The notes under the pieces are model-generated. The model searched no databases and had not been told where the DNA came from. It was given only the letters and a program-made list of their open reading frames with translations. Made by a program: the position numbers and the translations under genes. This document shows, in pieces, positions 46,711 through 54,871 of a stretch of DNA of 64,000 nt. How positions within the stretch are numbered: the first letter of the stretch is position 1; every line of letters starts with the position of its first letter. The stretch covers positions 2,900 to 66,899 of the forward strand of contig DUON01000014.1 in the NCBI GenBank assembly GCA_012838805.1. Direction: 5' to 3'. Source of the stretch: Clostridiales bacterium. GTDB taxonomy: Bacteria > Bacillota > Clostridia > Christensenellales > DTU072.

Positions 46711-47978
46711 ATCCTTATCATGGCGTCGTCCCAAGCGTTTACTGTGGTGCTTCCCTCCACAAGCTTATATTCGATATTTGTCAATTCCCAAAGCATTTCG
46801 GTAGGTAAAGAGGCACAAGGCGCATAAAGCGTCTTTTCAGGATAGGTAATGTCTTTTACGGGAGCAGCCATAATCGACATAAGATACCATTCTCTGACGC
46901 CATTATGACCGTCCGAAATATAAACATATCCGTTGCCTTGGAATCTGGGATTGACGGTAACGAAGGGCATAAGTTTCTTTAATTCGTCTTTAATGATAGA
47001 AACGCCTACAAGCAAGGTGCTGGCGTCAAAGGTATAATATTCCATAGCTATGCCGTTTGCACGCAAATCTTTAAGGCATTCTATTATGGTAAATCCAAGA
47101 TTGTTCTTTACTAACGGCTTGTTGGACCACCTAATATTGGTGTCTTGGGGTCCAAGGGCTATGAGTTTGTCGTCCTTAACGACAGATGTGCTGAAATATG
47201 TATCTAAGAGGGTGTATCTTTTGGGAAGTTTGTCAAAAGATATCTGCCTAACGGCGGCAAGCTCGGTCAACAAAAAGATGCCGGCAGCGGCGACTTCTCC
47301 GCCCATGGAGTGAGCGGCTACGCGGATTTCTTTTTTACCCATGGAGTCTGGAAGTAAATTCATGGCTCTTATGTACTCAGCTGCAAAATGCTCCGCAACC
47401 GTATATTGTGTGGCTATGCTATAACTGTCGTCTGCATGCTGACTTCTCAAACCCGTTGGTCCGCCGTCTGTCCATATTTTGTATTCTATAGTCCATGGAA
47501 ACATTTCAGAGGCATAGCGGTTATAATGGAAATTGCCTACATTCCAACCTTCAAGCATCCAAACATAGTTCATGGGCACATTTTGGGTATCCAAACCGAA
47601 CTCCTCGGGGTTTGCGACTTTAGTGTTTAAGTTGTACTTTTCTTGGCTTCTATGCCCATCCCCCAGCATGCCATGAACATTTATTATGGTGGGCTTATCG
47701 GGGTCTATCAGCTGAGCGCCCTCTGGAGAGTCGGCGGCTACTTGAACGACTTTTTGTTTTTCTTCGTCCCAATATGTCCAAAACAGACCCATTTCCGCAT
47801 GGTCGGGATAAAGTTCATAGTCCCAGTCCACTTCTTTCGCATAGTCCACATATTGGGATGCATAGAGATTTTTATGGGCTACTCTTTTCTTAGGGACATT
47901 TTCTTTATAGCCGTACATCGACAATAAACCTGCGAAAACAGTTATTACTGCAAGCAAAGTTATCAAAGCTTTTTTCAT
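46707..47978 (-). CDS. Secreted alpha/beta-hydrolase, third pancreatic-lipase-like paralogue (no SdrD-like tail)
   Basis: Signal/anchor MKKALITLLAVITVFAGLL. AAHSMGGEVAAAG, KRYTLLDTYFST and GHNGVREWY blocks are collinear with the 1632-3140 product. Confidence 0.7.
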   Translation of the reverse strand: MKKALITLLAVITVFAGLLSMYGYKENVPKKRVAHKNLYASQYVDYAKEVDWDYELYPDHAEMGLFWTYWDEEKQKVVQVAADSPEGAQLIDPDKPTIINVHGMLGDGHRSQEKYNLNTKVANPEEFGLDTQNVPMNYVWMLEGWNVGNFHYNRYASEMFPWTIEYKIWTDGGPTGLRSQHADDSYSIATQYTVAEHFAAEYIRAMNLLPDSMGKKEIRVAAHSMGGEVAAAGIFLLTELAAVRQISFDKLPKRYTLLDTYFSTSVVKDDKLIALGPQDTNIRWSNKPLVKNNLGFTIIECLKDLRANGIAMEYYTFDASTLLVGVSIIKDELKKLMPFVTVNPRFQGNGYVYISDGHNGVREWYLMSIMAAPVKDITYPEKTLYAPCASLPTEMLWELTNIEYKLVEGSTTVNAWDDAMIRI

Positions 47979-48146
47979 TAAAATACCTCTAAAATTTAAG
48001 TTGATACATATTATATGATAGTCCCATTAACCTATGGTTGTCAAGATTTTGTTGTCCCAATAAGGAAAGTCATTAATCAATAAAAAAATACTCTTTATTA
48101 CAAAAAAAGCAGAAAACGCTGTTCTTAGCTTAACTTAATAACCTTG

Positions 48147-48176
48147 TTGCTTAAATTTATTCATTTATGTTATAAT
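48147..48176 (+). promoter_or_regulatory. Sigma-70-type promoter with extended -10
   Basis: TTGCTT (48147-48152), 18-nt spacer ending in TGt, TATAAT (48171-48176). Confidence 0.5.
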
Positions 48177-48208
48177 TTAATTTATATAAAAGAAACAAGG
48201 AGCATTTT

Positions 48209-50665
48209 ATGGCGAAAATACATTTGGCTTTTAGATTCCACATTAACTTCTATCATTCTTATAGAGGCGACAAACCTGATGAAACGGGGTTTGGAAAGGA
48301 TATGAGAATCATTCGATATATACTTGATGTTTTGGACAAGCACAACAAAAATGGTGTGCCTGTAAGAGGAACATGGGACAGCGAAAACTATTTTTCTTTA
48401 GAAAAACTTATACCCAAATACTGTCCAGATATTCTGGAAAGAATTAAGAAAAGAGTGGATGACGGAATTGACGAAATGGAAATTATGTCCTATAACAACG
48501 GATTGGTGTCATCACATACCTTGGAGGAATTTGACCTCATGATGCAAAAGACACTGTCAAACCCCCAAGGTTCTGGGCTCAAAGATATCTTTAAGAGATA
48601 CGCTCCCGTTGTTAGAAGTCAGGAGTGCATGATGACGCCCGCACTTGTGCCTTTATACAAAAAACACGGTGTGGAAGCGATTACTCTTTTTTACAGCTCA
48701 ATACCTTTCAACGGTTTTTCAAATTTTGTGCCCGTATTGCCTACCGAAAAAAGATACAATCCTCTTTGGTACAGACCTGAGGGCATGGACGATAAAATTG
48801 TGGTCATACCTGCGGTCGGGGTGGCGGATGTGTTTGACAACTTCGGCATAAGGGCTTATGTCAAGAGATTAAGGAAGCTTCAGCTTAAAATGCAAGAGCC
48901 CAAAGACCTTTTGCTACTTGTGGACATGGACGCCGACGACGATTATTGGCGTGGATACTTCAACACATATCTTTCGGAATTTGTATTGAGGACAAAAGAA
49001 AAGACGCTGTGGCAGGGCGGGCTTAATTATATGATAAATCAAGTCAAGGACTTGGACTTTGTGGTATTCGATACGCCTTATGACTATTTGAAGTCGCACC
49101 CGCCGGTGGGAGAGGTGAATTTTACCCAAGACACCGCTGACGGAAGCTTTGACGGTCTGTCGCCATGGTCGGACAAGCTGGACAACGCCAAACTTTGGAC
49201 GGGCATCGATAGGGCAAGAACGCTTTGCGAATACGCCCGAGCCATAAACGGTAAGGCGGTTGAAGCGGATATCAAAAAAGCTTTGGAGAAAAGAATACTC
49301 ACGCTCTCCACCACGCATTTCGGACTGTCTACTCCCGTAATGTGCGTTCCCAGATTAGAGGCGGCTTATCAGTCGGTTAAAGACTGCGTTAAAGAGTCCA
49401 AGGCAATTCTTGAAAAAGCCCAAAAATCTGTGACGCTTGAAGAAGACAGCGTAAAAGCCGTCTTTCAAAACAAATACTTTAACGACAGCCCCAAAAACGG
49501 TTTCATTAAGATGAGACTTGGTCAAGACTTCAAAGAAAGTCTTGCGGTAAAGGACGGGAAAGAAAGATTATCTTCGTTTGTTTATGAAGGCTTGGAGGGC
49601 AAAGAGCTAAGGATTGTTTTGAATTCGACAAAAGACCAGCTTGACCTAAAGATTGAAAGAAAGAATTATCAAGACAAGCCTAAGAATGTAAACATAGAGA
49701 AGAACTCTATTTCCAACAATACAGTTATGCTCAAGGCGGATGAAAACGGCGATTTGGCGATTTATTATAAAGGGGAACTTTTCACCGACGAGGGCTCCAT
49801 GCGGTTTTGGGTGGAATATGACAACGCAATTTATGCCTGCCAAAAGGCAGAGATTGAGACATGCTACCTTGGCGGCGACACTTGCTGCCTTATCAGAAAA
49901 GGTCAATTTTGTTTTGGCAAAAATCTAAACAATCAAATCAAATTCGTTCAGAAGTTTGTCATAAACGGAAGTTTGCCTTATATATACGCCGATGTGGAAG
50001 CGGTCTATCCAAAGACTGAAAATTATAAGGCGTCCAAAATGAAGGTCAAGAACTTAAAAAGGGAATGGGATTCAAGGTGGCGTCAAATCGCACCGTTTGA
50101 GCTTAAGCCCGCTTTTAGAGGCACAGACCAAGAGCCCATAAAAGTTCATAAACACAACTTTTTCGGCAAAGTCAGCGCTTTCAGCCTAAATTATGGTACT
50201 TTTTCAAAAAATGAAAACATCGATTCAATGAATAACGCCATAACCGCGGGCTGGGTCGCCGTAGCCAATAAGGAAAAGGGACTTTTGATTTCTCAAGAGA
50301 TAGACGCTGAAACCAATTTCGCTTTCGCCAGAATGCGGGTGAGAAAGGAAGGCGACAAAAATAAGGTATTTGTCAATCCCATGGGAACTTATTTTGGGCG
50401 ACAGCTACACTATGCTATCAGAAGAAACGAATTGGTGGCAAAAGGCGCTTTGAAATTTGCCGCACAGTATGCTCCGCTTGCGCCTTCATACAGCGGTCAA
50501 ATCCAAAAATTCTCCCTTATGATAGCACCTTATGACGGTCAAGAACCGTCCAAACAGCTTCAAAACGACGCTTTGACACATGCCTATCCTCCGCACATTA
50601 TTTCAAATTTCAAAGGCGTTCAAGACTTGGGGTTGGAAAAGTGGAGAATGGATATTATAAAATAA
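48209..50665 (+). CDS. 818-aa cytoplasmic protein, possibly a GH57/GH38-like glycoside hydrolase
   Basis: Good SD (AAGGAG) and no signal peptide. N-terminal IHLAFRFHINFYHSYRGD and DEMEIMSYNNGLVSSH loosely resemble the first conserved regions of GH57-type (beta/alpha)7 barrels. This is a weak, memory-based assignment. Confidence 0.3.
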   Translation: MAKIHLAFRFHINFYHSYRGDKPDETGFGKDMRIIRYILDVLDKHNKNGVPVRGTWDSENYFSLEKLIPKYCPDILERIKKRVDDGIDEMEIMSYNNGLVSSHTLEEFDLMMQKTLSNPQGSGLKDIFKRYAPVVRSQECMMTPALVPLYKKHGVEAITLFYSSIPFNGFSNFVPVLPTEKRYNPLWYRPEGMDDKIVVIPAVGVADVFDNFGIRAYVKRLRKLQLKMQEPKDLLLLVDMDADDDYWRGYFNTYLSEFVLRTKEKTLWQGGLNYMINQVKDLDFVVFDTPYDYLKSHPPVGEVNFTQDTADGSFDGLSPWSDKLDNAKLWTGIDRARTLCEYARAINGKAVEADIKKALEKRILTLSTTHFGLSTPVMCVPRLEAAYQSVKDCVKESKAILEKAQKSVTLEEDSVKAVFQNKYFNDSPKNGFIKMRLGQDFKESLAVKDGKERLSSFVYEGLEGKELRIVLNSTKDQLDLKIERKNYQDKPKNVNIEKNSISNNTVMLKADENGDLAIYYKGELFTDEGSMRFWVEYDNAIYACQKAEIETCYLGGDTCCLIRKGQFCFGKNLNNQIKFVQKFVINGSLPYIYADVEAVYPKTENYKASKMKVKNLKREWDSRWRQIAPFELKPAFRGTDQEPIKVHKHNFFGKVSAFSLNYGTFSKNENIDSMNNAITAGWVAVANKEKGLLISQEIDAETNFAFARMRVRKEGDKNKVFVNPMGTYFGRQLHYAIRRNELVAKGALKFAAQYAPLAPSYSGQIQKFSLMIAPYDGQEPSKQLQNDALTHAYPPHIISNFKGVQDLGLEKWRMDIIK

Positions 50666-50774
50666 GAAAATATAATATGAAAGCTTTCAAAGGGATATAA
50701 GACAATCAGTTTTGAAAGTTTTTATTTTGTTTAACAAAGGACATATAAGGACAGCTTATAGGATAACTTTATAT

Positions 50775-51353
50775 ATGGGAATTTTTCAAATAATACTTAT
50801 ATCAATAGGTTTGGCTATGGACGCCTTTGCGGTTGCATTGGCGAACGGAATGGCGCTTAGCTGTGCGAAGATATCCCACGCTGTAAAATTCGGCATATAT
50901 TTTGGGGTTTTTCAAATGGGAATGGCACTTATAGGTTGGTGGACGGGAAGCTCCTTTGCGGGCTATATGGTCGATTTTGCACACTGGGTGGCTTTCATTC
51001 TTTTGACAATCATAGGAATAAACATGCTGATAGACGGAATAAAGAAAAAGTCGCATTGGGTATCTAAATGTACCGATGCGGACATTCTTAAGGTGGGCAA
51101 TATGCTTATGCTGGCTGTGGCGACGAGCCTTGATGCCCTTGCTGTGGGAGTGGGGCTTGCGGTTATCAGCGTGAATATTTGGGGAGTGGCCTTAAATATA
51201 GGGGCATTTTCTTTTGCGCTTTCTGCTTTTGGCGTAATGCTGGGCAAGAAACTCAATAAGGTTTTTGAAAAAGGCGCGCAAATAGTCGGCGGAGTTATAC
51301 TTATTGCGATAGGACTAAAAATTCTTTTGGAACACTTATTGACAAAAGGATAA
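50775..51353 (+). CDS. mntP: Manganese efflux pump MntP
   Basis: Start moved to the ATG at 50775 (MGIFQIILISIGLAMDAFAVAL). Duplicated xLxMDAFAV / SLDALAVG half-motifs, six TM. Confidence 0.8.
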   Translation: MGIFQIILISIGLAMDAFAVALANGMALSCAKISHAVKFGIYFGVFQMGMALIGWWTGSSFAGYMVDFAHWVAFILLTIIGINMLIDGIKKKSHWVSKCTDADILKVGNMLMLAVATSLDALAVGVGLAVISVNIWGVALNIGAFSFALSAFGVMLGKKLNKVFEKGAQIVGGVILIAIGLKILLEHLLTKG

Positions 51354-51409
51354 AAAATCTTTCTTAAAAAGGTATATTTTCCTTTTTCTTTCTTCAAAAT
51401 AAGAGTATT

Positions 51410-51781
51410 ATGAGAAAAGAAAAATTTAACAAAACCTTATTAATTCTGCTTGTGATACTCTGTTTAATATGTGCTCTAAGCAGTCTTGGCGCGGGAAAAT
51501 ATTGCTTAAGATATGTCGCCGAGAACGACCCTGAAAGCGCTTTGGAGCTGACGGACTTTAATTTTAGGGATAAGACGGCGTTAATAAATGTAATAAACGC
51601 CACATACCCCAAATACGGTATCAAGAACTATTCCAAAGACAATGTGACATTGGAGATTTATCGGAAATGGGGCAAGGAGCTGACCTTCAGAATTATCCTT
51701 GACGGCAAAAAAGTAATCGGTAAAATTAATTATGAAAAGAACATCGTAAAAATCGACAATGTCGTCTATAAGAAGGTGTAA
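51410..51781 (+). CDS. Small membrane-anchored/secreted protein, unknown function
   Basis: 123 aa, N-terminal hydrophobic segment LLILLVILCLICALSSLGAG. Followed by a hairpin. Confidence 0.5.
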   Translation: MRKEKFNKTLLILLVILCLICALSSLGAGKYCLRYVAENDPESALELTDFNFRDKTALINVINATYPKYGIKNYSKDNVTLEIYRKWGKELTFRIILDGKKVIGKINYEKNIVKIDNVVYKKV

Positions 51782-51784
51782 AGC

Positions 51785-51807
51785 GTAGCTTGCTAAAAGC
51801 AAGCTAC
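51785..51807 (+). terminator. Perfect 9-bp hairpin without a clear T-run
   Basis: GTAGCTTGC-TAAAA-GCAAGCTAC. Confidence 0.4.
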
Positions 51808-51863
51808 TACATAAAACCTATCGGTTTCATATTTTACAATAATTCATACTAATCTTAAGATAA

Positions 51864-51892
51864 TTGACAACTTTTCTATCGTGTGTTATATT
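51864..51892 (+). promoter_or_regulatory. Sigma-70-type promoter ending 8 nt before the next ATG
   Basis: TTGACA (51864-51869), 17-nt spacer ending in TGt, TATATT (51887-51892). Confidence 0.45.
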
Positions 51893-51900
51893 TTCTTTAT

Positions 51901-52338
51901 ATGGAAAACAATTTTTATGACAATTTGATTTTCATAAAAACTGGGGAATGGTATCTGTTGCTGTTCAGCTTTTCCTTGCTTTTATTTAGAAAACAGACCT
52001 TGGACGCCTTTGAGAATTTCTCACGGCTTATAAATTATCTATTGGTTTCCCTTTCCGCGGTAATCAGTTTCATACTGGAAGCGCTGTTTGTTTTTGGCGG
52101 ACAAATCGGCATGAGGGGAGGTTATTATGTGCATATACTGTATGCCCACCACCTCTTGCCATGGGTATTATTCATGTTCTTGGTGGACATGGTCTTGTAT
52201 CTTTTTACCATGATTATTGCTATCATCCAAAACGCTTATCTTTGGGGAAAGGCGGTAATCAAGGAAAAAGTCGCCTTGAGCCCCAAAAAGAGAGAAATAT
52301 TCGTTTTATCGCCCAATAGATTGGTGCTTTTGCAATAG
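51901..52338 (+). CDS. Membrane protein, unknown function
   Basis: First ATG of the ORF (MENNFYDN...), 4 hydrophobic spans, no SD. Immediately downstream of a strong promoter-like element. Confidence 0.45.
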   Translation: MENNFYDNLIFIKTGEWYLLLFSFSLLLFRKQTLDAFENFSRLINYLLVSLSAVISFILEALFVFGGQIGMRGGYYVHILYAHHLLPWVLFMFLVDMVLYLFTMIIAIIQNAYLWGKAVIKEKVALSPKKREIFVLSPNRLVLLQ

Positions 52339-52437
52339 AAATCCTAATTTATTTTTAATTGACCCGCATTTTGTTTTTACGCCTGAAGAAGCGTGATTTG
52401 TTTTACGCAATAAATTTTATAATTAGGAGTGATAAAA

Positions 52438-53199
52438 ATGCTTAAAATAAAAAATTTAAGAAAAAAATATTCAAACAGCTCTACATATTCGGTTGACAAT
52501 ATAAACATAGAACTAAAAAAAGGCGAAATATTCGGTTTTTTAGGCAAAAACGGCGCTGGGAAATCTACCACGATAAAATGTATGACGGGGATATTGCCCT
52601 TTGACGAAGGAAAGATTGAGATTTGTGGCTACGATATCCAAAAACAGTCCATAAAGGCAAAACTCCAAATCGGATATGTTCCCGACAACCATTCGGTCAT
52701 AGAAAAATTGACGGGAAGAGAATATGTCAACTATGTGGCGGACTTATACAGGGTGGGAGAAGAGAGAAAAGAGAGGATAGAGTACTTTATCAAGATGTTT
52801 AGCCTTGAAGAGGCTGTAGACAAGCAAATAAAGAGCTATTCTCACGGCATGAAACAAAAGATTTGTATAATAGCCGCCCTTATCCATAATCCCAAGCTTT
52901 GGGTTTTAGATGAGCCGATGATGGGGCTTGACCCGCAATCTATGACGGATATCATAAATTATATGATAGAACACTGCAAAAAGGGGAATACGGTATTCTT
53001 CTCCTCTCACAATTTGGATTTGGTCAAGAAAATTTGCGATAGGGCAGCCATAATAAGCGACGGGAAGATTGTTGAGGAACTTGAACTCAAGGCCAATAAA
53101 GAAAACAAAGACAGACTTGAGGAAATCTATTTTGCCGCCACCGGCATTGACAAGGACAAAGTAAGCGGAGCCGTGCTTGCAAGCGGGGGGCAAAGATGA
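52438..53199 (+). CDS. ABC transporter ATP-binding protein
   Basis: Start moved to the ATG at 52438 (GGAG 10 nt upstream). Walker A GKNGAGKST, signature-like YSHGMKQK, Walker B LWVLDEPMMGLD, H-loop SSHN. Confidence 0.9.
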   Translation: MLKIKNLRKKYSNSSTYSVDNINIELKKGEIFGFLGKNGAGKSTTIKCMTGILPFDEGKIEICGYDIQKQSIKAKLQIGYVPDNHSVIEKLTGREYVNYVADLYRVGEERKERIEYFIKMFSLEEAVDKQIKSYSHGMKQKICIIAALIHNPKLWVLDEPMMGLDPQSMTDIINYMIEHCKKGNTVFFSSHNLDLVKKICDRAAIISDGKIVEELELKANKENKDRLEEIYFAATGIDKDKVSGAVLASGGQR

Positions 53200-54860
53200 A
53201 AAACATAATCACCATGTTCCGACATGAGTTTCGGAGCAGATTTGACTTAGGGAAAAAGGCTTCTCCCAAAGCTTGGAGCGTGTTTTTCCTAAGCGCTACT
53301 GTATCTCTACTTATGTATGCCCTGTTTTTAACAATTATCTTTTTTATAACAAATATGTTATTGACGGGCAGAATAGAGATGAATTATGAGTTCTTGTCCC
53401 TTGCGACCGCTCTATCCATGCTCATTCAGCTCTTGGCATCCTCGGGGGCATTAGTGAAAAGCTTATATTTCGATGCGGACAATGAGTTATTGTTGAGATT
53501 CCCCGTTGATGGCTTGGAAATTTTTGTGGCGAAGTCAGCCTTTGTGTTCATTAGAAACATACTGATATCTTTGATGCTTGGTTTGCCTTTTTATATATTC
53601 TATGGCATAACCTTAAGGTTGGGTGCGGGCTTTTATATCAAAGCCGTCATTATTGCTATATACATAAGCATTCTGCCTTTTTGCGCTGCGAACCTTATCT
53701 CCGCTCCCGTCATGCATGTAGTCAACTCCGTAAAAAATAAGTTTGGGCTTATTCTTGGAATCTTAATAGTGCTGATAGTTTTGGGCTTTTCGGTTTATAT
53801 GCTTATCTTAAAAGGTGTCTTGGAGTATATGCAGACCCAGCAAAGTGCTATCTTTTCACAAGAAGTGCTTAAGACATTTAAGACATGGGCGGCAAGGCTT
53901 GTCCCTTTTACTTTTTATGCGAACATACTCTATGGCAAAAGCGTTTTTTTATCGTTGTTGATAACTGGTGTCTTAAGCTTTGCGTTGGGGTTTTGCAGTT
54001 TTTATCTGGCCAAACACAGCTACTATCCTACAATCTTGAAAAGCTTGGAAAGGGAAAAATCAGCTTTTAGAAAAAAGACAAAAAACAAGGTCAGACCTGT
54101 TTTCTTCAGCTTGCTAAAAACCGAATACCTTGTTATCTTCCGCTCTTTCAATTATTCCTTTCAATACTTGGCTATGGCAATCACCGCTCCATTCATGGTC
54201 TATTTCTGCAATGACTTGGCAAGCAATATCGGCGACACAAGCGTCGGAGGGCGAATCATTCCGGGACTTACGCTTTTGGTCATAAACATCTTCACAACGA
54301 TTATTGTGTCTTTTGCTTCCACTTCGATAAGCCGAAACGGGAATACTTTTTATTTTACCAAAATCATGCCCGTAAGCTACAAATACCAAATACTTGTCAA
54401 AATGACTCTATACTTTATTGTCGCCGCTCTATCCGCTTTGGTATCCTGCACCGTGGTGGGTATAGTGTTCAGCGGAGAAAAGTACGGGTTCAATGTGGGA
54501 ATTGTGGATATCTTGAGTATATTTGCTGTCACAGTATTTATTATTATCACCTTGACCAGCTGGGCTATTATGGCGGATTTGAGGTCGCCCACTTTTGAAG
54601 TAAACAATGACGGGGAGCTGGTTCAGGCAAATAAGAATGTATCACTCTCTCTTATCGGCGGGAGTGCGATATCCGTATTGTTCGGACTATTTACAATGAT
54701 TTTTTCATACATTCCCTTGAAGATTGGGGATTTGACACTAATAGACGGCATAAACCATGTATATTTATGCCTTATAGGGCTTAGTTTTATTATGGCGGCG
54801 GTATCCTGCCTTTTATTGTTCTTAAGGCTGGACAAAAAATACCATAAGCTTACGCCCTAA
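53196..54860 (+). CDS. Large ABC-exporter-type permease (about 12 or more TM)
   Basis: Start overlaps the ATPase stop (ATGA). 554 aa, almost entirely hydrophobic spans. Confidence 0.7.
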   Translation: MKNIITMFRHEFRSRFDLGKKASPKAWSVFFLSATVSLLMYALFLTIIFFITNMLLTGRIEMNYEFLSLATALSMLIQLLASSGALVKSLYFDADNELLLRFPVDGLEIFVAKSAFVFIRNILISLMLGLPFYIFYGITLRLGAGFYIKAVIIAIYISILPFCAANLISAPVMHVVNSVKNKFGLILGILIVLIVLGFSVYMLILKGVLEYMQTQQSAIFSQEVLKTFKTWAARLVPFTFYANILYGKSVFLSLLITGVLSFALGFCSFYLAKHSYYPTILKSLEREKSAFRKKTKNKVRPVFFSLLKTEYLVIFRSFNYSFQYLAMAITAPFMVYFCNDLASNIGDTSVGGRIIPGLTLLVINIFTTIIVSFASTSISRNGNTFYFTKIMPVSYKYQILVKMTLYFIVAALSALVSCTVVGIVFSGEKYGFNVGIVDILSIFAVTVFIIITLTSWAIMADLRSPTFEVNNDGELVQANKNVSLSLIGGSAISVLFGLFTMIFSYIPLKIGDLTLIDGINHVYLCLIGLSFIMAAVSCLLLFLRLDKKYHKLTP

Positions 54861-54871
54861 AGGAGGAAAGA

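Noticed and set aside
50666-50774. Looked for a yybP-ykoY (Mn2+) riboswitch upstream of mntP
   Set aside because: The leader lacks the conserved GGGGAGUAG and UUGACAUA...AGAGACC-type elements as I remember them. Only a loose AAAGGGAUAUAAGACAA is present. A cmscan would be needed to be certain.
50712-50774. TTG-initiated 21-codon N-terminal extension of mntP in the ORF track
   Set aside because: MntP proteins begin right at the first TM (MGIFQIILISIGLAMDAFAV). The extension is basic, non-conserved-looking and lacks an SD.
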